Assembly (NCBI GenBank): GCA_003427395.1
Contig: BFEA01000006.1
Coordinates: 5,673,143 to 5,734,691 of the forward strand
DNA: 61,549 nucleotides
Direction: 5' to 3'
From: Chara braunii
Lineage: Eukaryota > Plantae > Charophyceae
The notes under the pieces are model-generated. The model did not search any database. It was given only the letters and a program-made list of their open reading frames with translations, and was not told the origin of the DNA. Below, piece by piece: positions 1 through 12,104 of the stretch. Position 1 is the stretch's first letter; every line of letters starts with the position of its first letter. The translations under genes and the position numbers were made by a program.

Positions 1-1041
1 CAGAAGAAGCTCCAACCCACAAGAAGAAGTACGTAATGAAGGTGATGATTCTCTTTGCGCAGTGATATCGACTGCGGTTTTGATTTGAATGACCTAATGA
101 TGTAGATGGGTACTCCATCATTCGTGGAACAGAAAGAGTAACTATTACCAAGGNGGACAAAGCGACCAACAAAATTTTGATTCGCTAGATAATACTTTCC
201 TCCGAGCAAGTTGCATATAGTACAGAGATGTGGTCGAACCGAGAGTTCAAACTTCGACTAGGAGCGAGATCACTTGTTGATCTGCATGGTAGCAATGCAG
301 AAGTCATTTCTGACAGGGTTTAATAGGTGTCGACAGACCCAACCGTAAGTTAAAGGTTAGGTTGTCTTTCCTAATCTTTCGTTGATATTGAGCCTCCGCC
401 TTGGAAGTGGCGGAATAATAGTATCTTCAGTCATATAGGCCGGGAAGATTAACTTTGGCATATCATCCCATCAAGTCTAAACCATATCTTGTGCGATTTG
501 ATAAGAGTGTATTGATTTATTCTGTAATCAAAGAATTATAGAGGGACTAGGATTATATTGTGGGTTTCACGTTTCATCGAGACCGTCCTAGTCGACCGAC
601 GTTCGTTCGTACCTAGGAGATCAGCGCCCTAGGGGACGGACAACGTTCGAGTCCACTTGGCATTAACCAAGCGTACCTATACTCCAGCGAGCGAGCAAAC
701 GCCCTCGGATGACCTACCTCTGCAATTGCATATAAAAGTTTTCGCACGTGGGTCAGTAGTTCGGTAGGGATACGCCCCTGAGGGTGGTGACAGCCCCTTA
801 GGGAAGGTAAGATGTGGCCCACGAAAACCTATCCTGTCGTCGGGGACCGTGGGATGTACAGTTGGCGCACCCGGCTAGAGCTGTGAAGGGACGATGCAAC
901 CGCGTCCGTCTCGGCGGTTCGCGGGATTATTTATCATCGTCCTAAGTTGTCTCTGGTTTTGTTTTTGTTTTAACTCCTGCGTGACATAGCTAAGAGGGCT
1001 CCCGTGCTTTGCAAAAAAGGCGGGGGCCGATGCGTTCGACA
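1..1041 (+). mobile_element. 3' portion of a family-A-related giant LTR, inserted into a gag-like ORF
   Basis: 755-1041 aligns with 9031-9224+38380-38430 and 48622-48866 (GGGATACGCCC...GGTGACA...CCTATCCTGTCG...AACTCCTGCGTGAC...CCGATGCG.TCGACA). It ends in CGACA at 1041. No PBS follows, and the gag frame (one TGA at 1048-1050) runs back to this junction. The left boundary is not visible. Confidence 0.7.
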
Positions 1042-2673
1042 CCGACTTGATATGAGTCGGCTGAAGGGCCACGAGGCCCTGAGCCAGAGACTGGGTTGCG
1101 TGAGCCAGAAAAGCCACAGGTTGAGGAGATTATTACCGTTGGGGACGATACTCCTCCTCATACCCCGGTCTCGACGCAGGTACAGCAGCCGTGGCCAGAG
1201 GGGATACTCGAGCTAGAAAGTGAAGAGACTCCAGTACCCCTTCCGGAGACTATCACTTCGCCCCCGAGGATGGTAGAGGACGAGGGAGTGGGGGCGTGTA
1301 CGACCGTCGACTCCCGGTTAGCCGAACATGCGGCCGAGCACCCGAATATTGAGATACCTGCATCGAATAAGCCATCGTCAGGCTTGCCGCATGTAGGTGG
1401 AGGAGTGAGTGTTGAGGCTCCGGCGCGAGAGACCCACGAGGCGCGGGCGAGGAGATCATCAGGGGAAACGGCTGAGGAGAAGTCTGCCAGGGTGCAAGCT
1501 CGCCTCACAGAGATATATGAGACAAAGGTCAGGATGGAGGCCGTAGGAGTGGCGCCAGCGCCGCCGATCGATCCCAGGACGAGTGAGCAGAGGATCGATG
1601 AGATGTGGGCTAGGTACGAGAGCAAGAGGGATGCCGCCCGCCTGAGGTCGCGAGAGACAGGACAGGAATACGAGAGGGCGGACGAGATGAGAGAGACTGG
1701 AGACGTCGGATTTTCGACCGCCAGGATGGCGATCGAGCGAGTGGAGAGAAGGATACGCCAGGCAGCGACCACGTCATTCCATCGATATACCCTGCTCAGT
1801 GATGAGCGGGTGGTTGCAAGGTTGGAGGTGGAGCAATTGTCTACTCAGCTAGCGGAGGAGAAGGCGGAGAATCAAGAATGGAGGACTCGTATAGAAGCTA
1901 AGGAAGTTGAGTGGGAAAAAAAGCTCAAAGATATGGTGGCAGCGGTAGAGAGGCTTTCAGCCACCAAGGTGGTCGATTGGACAGAGCAGAGCAGGTATGG
2001 TATTCAGGGTGAGAGGATGCACGGACTCCTTGGTCAGGGAGGAACGGTAGAGCCCCCTCAACAGAAGAAAATAAAGAAGGTGTTCCTGGATCCAGCAGAA
2101 GCGGAGGCGAAGAGGATAACCGAAGGGAAGAGTTTTAGTTTCAAGGCCCCCACATGGTTAGCCACGCAGCAGGCGACCCCTATGTCGGTTGAGGCCCCTG
2201 CGGGGGAGCCAACTCAGAGGCCCCAATCTCCACCTGCAGAAGAGGGTTCCGCAAAAGAGTTTCATACAATCCTTTTGGAGGTACGGGGAGGTACCCTTAC
2301 GGGGGCAGTAGCGCCCACTGAGCCTGAGACGGTGGAGGAGGAAACATCTCGCCTGGATGAGCTAGTAACAGCCATGGAAATAGACATGCCGCTGGACAGA
2401 CCTCAGAGGCTGGATACGCTTGAGTATAGGCCAGAGAGCGTAGGCGCGCAGAGTAGTGAGGGCGCCAGGGTCGCGGAGTCTGAACCTCAGGGTTGCATGG
2501 GATTGCCATTATGTTGCGAGGGGGCCGCTGAGGCTGAGGGGACACCATCGATTTCAAACCCCTAGGGGAAGAGGAAACCCAAAAAGTGGTTTGACTCGTC
2601 ATGTTTTTTTTGCAAGGAGGAAGGGCATCGGGCTCTGCAGTGCACGGGGTTTCTCAAAGACAAAGCAGCAGGG
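1042..2673 (+). pseudogene. gag: Gag-like retrotransposon ORF remnant with C-terminal CCHC zinc knuckle
   Basis: 489-aa Glu/Pro-rich, coiled-coil-like ORF 1096-2565. Reading through the TAG at 2563-2565 in frame gives GKRKPKKWFDSS-CFFCKEEGHRALQC (CX2CX4HX4C, 2602-2643). No pol follows. Confidence 0.7.
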
Positions 2674-4697
2674 CGAGGACCTGGGTTTCGAAAGTTGAGT
2701 TGGGCTTCGGTAGCCGGTCTAACATATCTTCAGTTTGCAGGCATTTGGGAGGCGAGATAGTCAGGCTGATCGAGCATGAGGGGGTGGGCGCCCGCTATTC
2801 CGTGCGTTTCAGAACGCTGTCATATCCGCAGATGCGAGTACAGGCGCTGGGCGCCATGGCCATCTTACGGAAGCCCATATCCGAGCTGTGACTGAAGGTG
2901 CCATACAGTTCAACATCGAGTTGTGAGGGTCGGGCGCCGTAGCCACCTGAATTGAGTTATAATCGGTCTGTATTTCTATCATCCACATCTCTGAGTGGTG
3001 TTGGGGGCTGGTCGCTGGTTGGATGCATCTCCCATTTGTAAACATGAGAAGCGAGGGAGTGCGCAAGTTGGATTGCACTGGTATCGGAGCTGGTACCCAC
3101 TACCCCACGCGCCGTAGGGCGCCGGAGTGGGGGAGCGCCGTCGTGAAAGAAGCCTGCCTTAGCTGCGCTGTGGAGAGTGTGTATCTGCGCACTGTACGAC
3201 GAACGAGAGAGAGAATGTATGAGAGAGAGGAAAGAATACACTTACCTCGCTGACTGCAGCCGTAGAGGGCGTGGTGTCGGGGTACAGCGTGTCTGGCCGC
3301 TTCCTAACAGGGGAGTTACTCGCCTTGCACGATTGGAGGATGGTAGGAGCCGACGGTCTGCGAGGCTCGATGGTGGTGTGAGTGATCATGTGGCACGTTG
3401 CTCCGAGATGGGTGTGTGAACGCCCTCGTCTGTGCTCCACCGCTGCCCTATTGTTTCGTTTGTTTCGTGTGAGAGTCTTGGCTCGTTGGTGTGCCCGATA
3501 GTTGGTGTAAGGGTATGCGGTCGTTCCGTCAACCCAGGTGGTGAGCGCACGTACCTAGTGTTGACAATGACCTGAAGGAGCCAACGCTCTCGTTCGCTGG
3601 GGATCTGCACGCCGAGGTGTACGTGCTGGGAGGAAGCAGCGAAGTGGCAGTGTCCCGCAATAAAAAGGGGGGGGCAGCGGCTCTGATTGCGCTGGAATCT
3701 GAGCTGGCCGGCCGCTATCCCAAGTGTCGTTGGGTGCTGTTACATCCGCGGAGGCTGAGTTTAGGCACCGGGGGCCAGGATTACCTAACATGGAGTTGTG
3801 CTCGAGTTGTGCCCCGGGCAGCCATACCGACGAGCTTTGAGTTTGGACTCTGTGCTTCGGGACCGCCCTACCTCAAACTATGGGGGTAGGCTGTTAGGTG
3901 CTGTCGTTACGGGGCGCGAACCTGAACTTGGACTGTCTTCAAAGTTGTCAAGTCTTCGAACTGGGGGTCTGGGCGCCGAGGTGGAGAGGCACCTTAACTG
4001 AGGGGAATTTGTTATAGTTGTACTACGAAGGAGGTGGTCTGTACCTACGCACAAAGCAACGACAGAAGGTGAGGAGTGAGTGGGGGTGGCGGTGATTTGC
4101 AGAGTTAGCGGTCTGTCAACTGGGGGGGGACTGTAGAGTTATCAGTCTCCAGAACTAGTGTCAGCAGGTGCGGCTGGTGTAGCCGTTACTTCAACTGTTG
4201 CTTCCGGTGCTACTGCCGCTGCTGCTGCTGGGATTGCCGTTGCCGCTACTACTATTGCTGTTGCGGTTGGGGCTAGCTTTCTAGAGGGCAGCGGCGTGGC
4301 TGATGCGGGACTTGCTGAGGACAGAGTTGTGGTGCGAAGAGAGGGGAGTGCTGGGAACTGAGAGATTATCAAGCCAGCTGAATCAGCAGTTGACAGAAAG
4401 TGGTCCAAGCAGGTTACTTGGCCACCATTAAGGGGCCCTCAGGCGATTCAAGGCAACAAGGCCCTCTCCAGGGAGTTGAGTTTGTCCCCTCCTTGTATCT
4501 CGAGAGTCTCAAACCCCTCTTTCTGCCTTTCTAAATCTAAGTCTAATTGTTCAGAGAGGAAGGCGGCAGGCAAGATTGCAACCCGTAGGACCGCAGCAAG
4601 ACTCTGTGGGGAGTGAGCCCGCCGATTGCGGGAGCTCTGCCGGAACTTAGGGAGAGTTCGGAGGCAGGGACCTGGGAGGTAACCATTGCTTCTCCTC

Positions 4698-4703
4698 TAT
4701 AAA
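4698..4703 (+). promoter_or_regulatory. Candidate TATA box of family-A LTR
   Basis: CTATAAACCC is conserved at the orthologous site 45483-45492 in a diverged copy and lies just upstream of the hairpin array. Function is inferred. Confidence 0.35.
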
Positions 4704-4929
4704 CCCAATTATAGCCTCTATCTATATTCCTTTTTATACTTTGATTGAATATATTGCATGTCTTTTACTCTGACTTTATGCTTGACTTTCAAGACATAAC
4801 CAGACTAAATAAAGGAATGTATACTTAATGTCAGTTTCGGTTAATTGTTTGATTGAAAAAAGATTGTGAGGTTGCATCTGGGAGAAGGATGGGAGGAAGG
4901 CAGTATTGCATGAGTTTTGACTGGGTCAT

Positions 4930-6890
4930 TAAAGCTGGGAAGTCCCCATAAGTTTAGGGAGACTCGGTGCTGTGTTTATTTTGGATTGCTCGGAGCATCA
5001 GACCATTCCATAAGCTTAGGTGGTCTGGTGGCTCTGGTGGTTGAGAAGTCCCCGTAAGTTTGGGGAGACCCAGTGTCGGGAGATTCTACGATAGACAGGG
5101 TAAAGTAGTATAGCGGACTGCAGATGAGGGTAGGGCTCGGTTATATAGGCAGAACCAGCAGAAGATGAATTAGTAGGGACTGGGTTGTCTATAGGCCAGC
5201 AGGACTCTTATGCATTGAAGGTAGGATGAACATGTACGTATTGTGGGTTAAACATGTATGTCCTGTCTACTCGTACATATGTAGGTTGTGGCATTTGAGA
5301 TTTTTTTTTTTTGATTCTTGCCATGACTTAGGAGATAGGATTAGTTGTGTGATATGTATGAGTATTTAGTCATGCTCTAGTCTTAGTGTTTGCGTTATTT
5401 ACGTTTTTTTTGTTGTTGAGTGTGGTTCGAAGGTTCACAATATTTAGGACATGAGTTTTACTCAGCAGAGCGGGGCAGTGGGCTGCGTATCTATGTTGTT
5501 TTAAGAGAGACATTTCATTTTCCTGAGTGTATTTTGAGTCGAGACCTTATGAGACTTATTCTTGTGGCGATCACTACCAGTCTCGCATGTGTGGCTTTAT
5601 CCTGTTGTACAATGGATTTGTGTGAGAGATGTGTAGGATACATCTCATGTGCTTTGTATTGTGCAAATGTGATTGTTGTCTACTCTTCGGTATACTCGTG
5701 CGATCTGCCTACGGGCGAGTGATGGGGTCGAGTATAAAGAGAGGTAGTACAGTTTGTCTTGTGACAGAAGTGTAAGAATCCTAAGGGATTTTGCGAGTCT
5801 ATGAGACTCGAATGCTTACCATGCCGAGTGTTTTATGGTTGAGCTGTGAAGAGGACCAGATAAGTTGGTCTCTCAGTTTGAGTTGTTTTATGGTTGAGAC
5901 CCGTCCAGATTCAGGAAGGTGGTAATGTTGTTTATTGGAAGACTCATCTTTAAAAAGGGCGGTGTTTTAACGGGTCACGTAATAGTTCATCCTGGAAAGA
6001 GAGGGATGGCTGGGAGACCCATTAAGAAAAACTTCCTTCGTGTGAAAGGTGGTTAATAGATTTAAGGGCATGGTAAGCAAAATTTGAGTTGATAAAGTCT
6101 AACGAGAAGGACCAGAAAGACTGTTTTGGATGAAATGGAATTGCATGGAGAGTCGGACCGTTCTATAAGTTTAGGTGGTCTGGTTGCTCTGACTTGTGAA
6201 GGTTAACTGCGATCGACTTTTCAGGAGCCAAACACATTTTGTAAGTTCAGGTGGCTTGGTTGCCTTGTTTACTTGGGCGTTCTTTGTTTTTTTTGGTTCT
6301 GAACGAGGAGGTCTGAGCCATTCTATAAGTTTAAGTGGCTCGGCCTCTTCCTGCTTTTATTCTGAGGGAGTAACTTGGAAGGGAGTCAGGCTATTCCATA
6401 AGTTTGGATGACTTCGACTTCATGCCACGCACAGATTGGATCAGAGATAAACGAATCCGGCGGAGGACCGGACATGTCCCATAAGTTTGGGTGGTCTGAC
6501 CCAATGCCTCGCACATGTTGGAACCCGAAGACTATAATTTCGTTATACTCTACTACTATTTTTATCTATGAACATGCTAGTCAGGCAGGGTCCCATAAGT
6601 TTGGGTGACCTGACCATAGCCCTATCACGAACTGAAGAGAGTACGAACTAAGAATAAACTGATGGTAAGAAGGGGCAAGCTGGACCTTGAACTAAGTTGA
6701 TCGATTCAGTCATATGTTGCCTTATAAGACTAAGTCTAGATAATTATATAAAGTTGGGATATTTAAGCAGCTTAGGGCGACTAGGGTGGTCTACTCATGT
6801 GCCTAAAAGAAGAGATAAGTAGTTGTGTCCTTTGTTTGTGTATATCTTGGTTAAGTTAGGCATGTCCCATAAGTTTGGGTGACCTGACTT
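4930..6890 (+). repeat. Dispersed hairpin array, loop motif ~TYCCATAAGTTTRGGTG (11 units, one degenerate)
   Basis: TAAG cores at 4949, 5011, 5055, 6166, 6242, 6326, 6399, 6482, 6596, 6693 and 6870. Each has different self-complementary arms, e.g. ATCAGAC-CATTCCATAAGCTTAGGTG-GTCTGGT. Confidence 0.85.
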
Positions 6891-7199
6891 TATGCCTTAT
6901 GTAAGATGGGTATAAAGGGGCAGATCATTGAAAGACTACGAGGTATTGTTTGATAAGGTCAACTTGGGATGGTGAAACTACTTACCTTTGTGGTTTGGCC
7001 TGCCTGTGGCTGCCTCTACTAAGTCTGAGTTTCAGTTTGACAGGTATTTGCTTTAGTTGCTTGCCACGTGATAGAGCGATAGGAGTTAGTTCAATTTCGA
7101 CATTTTCTGCGCTAACTTTATTTTACTTAGATCAATTTCTCATATTTTTCTGGGATCCTTTGTTATACTTGGCTTTGTATAAATTTTGATAAGCTACTT

Positions 7200-7480
7200 T
7201 CTCTACGGGAAGCACTGCCGAAATTTTTGCAGATCCAAGGAGTTAGTCAAATTTTAACTTTTCAAACTTCAATTTGTGTAAATTGTATATATGGCTTAGT
7301 ATAAATCTAGGAAGCCTCCATTTGTAAAGGGAGTGCTGCCCAAATTTTTGCTAATTCAGGGACTTAGACAAAAATTGGACTTTGTAAAGTTGAAGACTAT
7401 TCCTGTTTTCATATTTGGGCTAATATAAATTATGAAAAGACACTTTTTCTACGAGAAGCGCTGCCGAAATTTTCTTAGTT
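7200..7480 (+). repeat. Three ~120-bp-period units containing the motif GCRCTGCCGAAATTTT / GTGCTGCCCAAATTTT
   Basis: Motif near 7211, 7333 and 7458; the same triplet is at ~46883, 47006 and 47130 in the solo LTR. Confidence 0.7.
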
Positions 7481-10400
7481 TAAAGGAGTCAGATTATATT
7501 TTGATAGGTAGTGATTTTGACAACCAACCCTTAATAGGGGAGGTTTTGCCATGAGTCTACCCATGCTTGAGCACGGGCATGGACCTATATTTAATTGCAG
7601 GTGAATTTATGTGGGAAAGTGCTATGAAGATTCACTCCCCATACACCGATGATGTAGCTTGGGGGTTGACCTGTCGTATGATATAGGTCTTCTTTGCACT
7701 TGCGATTCAAGATCAGGACTAGATTCATCTTGATCCTACAAGGATCACCTTCTGTTATCACTGATAACATGTCGATTGTCGATTCGTTGGTTTACGACTC
7801 AACTCCAATTCACCCCCAATACTCAACCTAAAAAGCCTTAACCCTGGTGATTTCATTGTTTTGTTAAGGTTTCACCCAGACTTTTATTAAATGGCCTTTT
7901 AACAAAGGTACTGAGTATTTAATCATGGTTGGTTGGATACGAGGTTGGGGCTTGCATGGCTAAAGCAAGGGGTATGAGTATAGAGATTGGTTGGAGTTGA
8001 CTCCGTGTAGTGCATGGCTTTTTGATTGAATCTTTGATGTGATTGCAGGTATGTTTAGTGATTCAGACTTTGGATTTGACTGTCTGCGCTCACATACATA
8101 TATATATGGTTGTGGGGAATCCCACTGTGATTGTGAGAAGTGATGGTCGTATACTTATTCCCCTACCCCTATATATACGTGTACCTGTGTTGGGAATTCG
8201 CGTGGCCTGAGAGACCCGCATATTAAGGATTTAATTAGGGGTTGAGATTGAGAAAAGAGAGGAAACCCCTTTATTCTGTTGAATATTTTTTAATGATTTT
8301 CTTAGTCGGACGTTGGTCCTGAGCCTGGATTCGAAATCCTTGTCCAGGACATCCCAGACCCTAGACTCTACATAGAAGGGATTACCCCTCGGGCAGAGCC
8401 TACTTGCCTTGCCTGCCAAGACACTCAGGCCAAAGGCCGGAGGTCTCACGGCGGCCTCACAGTTATTTATTCAGTCGTGCAATGTCGTGAGGGAGTAGAC
8501 TCTCACGATACTTCGAGTCTGACACATGAGTGTCATAAGCGGTACTCGGATCCACGAGGGGCCGCGTGATTATGGGCACTACATAGTACGTCGTCATTGT
8601 GAGTGCTTGCGTACACTGGCATTGCGAGTTGACATGGGTAGGTCCTGCGTCCGCGCTGCTTTATACTATGTCTCGCGCGTGACGCTTATCCGATTTCCGC
8701 ATCAGAAAGTTATGGGTTAGTTACCGAGGGACTAGGACCATTGCTGCATTGCTTGTTCAGTGTCATTCTGTCTATGTGTATGTAGGTGCGTATGTGTGTG
8801 TGTTTTTATTTTTATGTTCCTTGTAGTGGTGTGCTCGTAACGTGTGGGATGCGTCCTGGTCGACCGACGACGAGTCGTGCTTGGGACCTCAACCCCCCAA
8901 GATGTCGGTTCGCGTGCGGGTCCGATAGAGAGGTATTACCGCGCGTACCCCCTATGCTACGACGAACGAGAAACACGTCGGCTAATCCACCTCTGCGATT
9001 GCACCTGATCAACTTTCGTACTGTGGACTAGTAGCTCGGCAGGGATACGCCCACCGAAGGGAGGTGACAACACCCGTAAGGTGGAGGTAGGTCGTGCCTC
9101 GCGTAGGCCCTATCCTATCGTAGAGGCTGGTGAGAGGTATGGTTGGCGCACTCGGCCAGAGCGGCTTGAGGAAGCTCTATGTATATTCACGACTAGGATT
9201 TAGATCAACTCCTGCGTGACGCGGTGTCGGAGGGTGTGGTGTCCCGGCCCTCCTCCGTGTACCAAGCTCCTATTTGGTACCACTCTTTGTTTACATGTTG
9301 TGGTCATGTGGTGGTTCCCATACCACTAAGATCCTTAGTACCAGAGTCATATCGTGATATGGACCGACCCTATTGATGCCTGCTTCTGCAAAAGGTGCGC
9401 CACAGGGCCTTCCACTAGTCCACGCAGGTTCGGTGCCCTGCTGTACAGCAGAGCATGACCGACATGTAGCCGTGGTAGTCTCCGGGTTCACTATGGGATG
9501 CGGGGGTGAGAGGACTGGCTCATTCTTTTCAACCGCATACCTGTACTGAGTTATGGGATAGGTGCATGGGACAGAAATCGATGCCAAGAGAGAAAAGAGA
9601 AAAGGAAAAATAAAATGTCAGACTTAAGCTCACCTTTTGTAAGGGAAAAATCCAGTGGCCTCAGGCCACTGTGATGCTACGATTTCCATTCTATTTTTTT
9701 GGGGAGAACATATTATTCAATGGTCGTTCTGTCACTTCGTAGGGGAGGCCGCCGATTCAGGTTTTGAACTGCAACTGTGGTCTCATGGTTTGGGTCTTAC
9801 CGACCTCTTGTATGTCGCCTGTACCAGACGTGCGTATTCAGGACCGCGCGGACCCCGGTGGCCGGGTTAAGGGGCAGATACGGTAAGAACTAAAAAGGGA
9901 AAAATAAGAGAAGAAATAAAAGGAAAGGAAGAGAATGAAAATCAGGTTATAAACGTGTGCGGGAACGTGGGTCGTTGTTCAGGCAAGACTGCTGCACAAA
10001 GAGATCCTGGGACTTCAACCTTTTTTTTCTTCCGTCTCCTTTTTTTTTCCCACGGTTATTATTATTATTTTTTTTTTTATAATTATTACTACTTAGTTTT
10101 TCTAAGTTTGGTTTTCTACCTGTTGGCTTGTCCTTTCGCGGGAAGCCAACAGTTCGAATTTCGAAGTCAACAGTCCGTGGCCTAAGTAGGCCAATCTTGC
10201 ATTTACTGTCTGCGGGTGAGCCCCGATCTGGTGCTATGTTGTAAGACCCCAAAAGGAGAGCGACCCTCGACCGCATCGGTAGGAAGCCTATCACCCCCCA
10301 CGGAGGGTCATAGGCCTCCTTCTTGCCATCGAGCACGGGCACCCGATAGAAGTAGGCTGAAGGCATATCTTGAAGAAAGACGGAGATCCGTCGGTATCCT

Positions 10401-10648
10401 GTTATGGGACCGCCGGGTCGGATCCTTAAGTCGCTTTTAATGCCAGAAGAGTTTTAGTGGCCGGAAACAGAAGTAGATACGGTGACCGTTGAGTTCTGAA
10501 CTCATACACCTCCTAAATTGTCTAGTTTTAATTATTTTATTAATTTTATTTTTTTTTAATTATCTTTAAATCAAAAAGAGACGCAGGTTGAAAAGGACTG
10601 TTTCGAGTCTGTCAATTAGAACGCAGAGACCGCTGCCACCTTGAGCCC

Positions 10649-10655
10649 TATAAAA
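10649..10655 (+). promoter_or_regulatory. Candidate TATA box in LTR B (copy at 31193-31199)
   Basis: CCCTATAAAATAG in both LTRs, ~170 nt before the ATG at 10822. Confidence 0.35.
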
Positions 10656-10821
10656 TAGAAACTGTTACCTATGAGGGGCATGTTATTGCTCCGTGGGTGT
10701 GAGCGGCAATACACGTTGTGGCTTCGATTTTTCGATAGTCAGGACTGTCTGTTCAGTAGACTCGCGTGCTGGTTAGTACAGACTGAGCACTTGGCGTTGG
10801 CTACGGAGGGAGAGAGTGGCT

Positions 10822-11244
10822 ATGGAAGATCGGAACGGCTTGCGCGGCTATCGACCGCGGTATATGAAGTACTCCTGGATGTGGGAGCGGGAAGATGAGA
10901 AGGGTACTGTGGTGGAGACTATACTGACTTTTGGTAAACCTGACGGGGAGGTGAGGCTAAAGATTAACGTGTGCGGTGGTAAAGAACAGGAGATGAGGAG
11001 GGATGAAAAGGCGCAGGCCGCGGTTACCGAGGCCCGTAACAGGGCCGAACGAAGGTGCAGGCGGGATGGAGTAACTGCGAGCATGCGGGTAACGGTCACT
11101 TACCACGAAGATGATTCATCAACCGGGACCATGACGAGGGAGGAGCAGCACAATGACCGGGACTCAGAGGGTGAGTCAGAGATGAGTGACACAAATGCTG
11201 CTCAGGCCTGGCACGACCAGGAGCGGTATGAGGCTGGGCCCTAG
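10822..11244 (+). CDS. LTR-encoded hypothetical protein (140 aa, MEDRNGLRGYRPRY...)
   Basis: ATG-started ORF with protein-like composition downstream of a TATA-like motif. The copy at 31366-31788 is identical, but this block may be assembly-collapsed. Confidence 0.45.
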   Translation: MEDRNGLRGYRPRYMKYSWMWEREDEKGTVVETILTFGKPDGEVRLKINVCGGKEQEMRRDEKAQAAVTEARNRAERRCRRDGVTASMRVTVTYHEDDSSTGTMTREEQHNDRDSEGESEMSDTNAAQAWHDQERYEAGP

Positions 11245-11444
11245 GCACAAAAGGGGGCTGTCAACAGAGCGGGGAAAAAGAAAATACCGCGAGGGCAGCA
11301 CACTGAGGCAGGGGTTCGGATGAGACGCGCGTAAAATCTANGAGTGAAATACGAACTAGAGACGGGTACCTCGCGCGCGAAAAAAAAGGACACAAGGCTT
11401 ATGCGAGCAGAGGTCAGCGGGAGCACAAAAAAGGTTGTTGNTGT

Positions 11445-12104
11445 TGACGTCAACCTCGTCTCTTGGCTTGCCACGAGAGGTTTGAGTGAACACGAGTACG
11501 TGTGAGGGCGAGCAAGAGACAATAAATTAGTAGGGGTCATAGAGAGCAGAGAGACATGTTTCTCGAACGTGTAAGCTCACTAGTGAGAATTGGACAAAGG
11601 CTGCGGAGGATCTTTTAGTTGACGTCATCAGTAACAAGGGAGAGAGAAGAGGCTAGTGAGAGAGTAAAAGAGGCGGAACCTTAGATATAGAGAGATCGTG
11701 CGTAGTAGAGACCAGTTCGAATGTGGCGAGTGGGGGCTAACACGGGCCGGGAGAGATTGGTGATATCAACCCCGTCCTCGATCTGGTCACAAAGGTTTTG
11801 AGCAAGCACGAGTAGTGGAGGAAGGGTAGCCGTGAGTATGATTTTCGTGGCGTGGGCGTACGGACACTGAAGCTTTCAATCTTGTTGGTTTCACGTACTT
11901 GAGACAGTAGAGCGAAAGAGAGTTGATTAGGCGGATATGTCTCAAGATTGGGATCAGGAGTCAAAGGGACTACGCGAGGATGTGTGACTCTCGGGCAGGA
12001 CAATACGATACGCGCAGGAGGACAAAGAGAGGGGAGGGTGTCAACGAGGTGTGTTCTCGAACACATGCGTATCTGGTACTTGCTGATTAGATTAGTTGAC
12101 GTCA
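11445..12104. promoter_or_regulatory. Three GTTGACGTCA palindromic (bZIP C-box/CRE-like) motifs
   Basis: TGACGTCA at 11445, 11620 and 12097, mirrored in the 3' LTR. Binding is not demonstrated. Confidence 0.3.

Larger units (their letters stand above)
4420..9224 (+). mobile_element. Family-A giant LTR, copy 1 (5' end not identified; interrupted at 9224 by element B)
   Basis: Colinear with 45200-48814 of the solo LTR. The sequence resumes after element B at 38380 (CCGGGAAGGTCCCGCGCTGC...) and matches 48815-48866. It may extend leftwards to ~2680. Confidence 0.8.

Noticed and set aside
2563-2565. Programmed stop-codon readthrough before the zinc knuckle
   Set aside because: The remnant is truncated and interrupted, so a CAG>TAG mutation is the simpler explanation.
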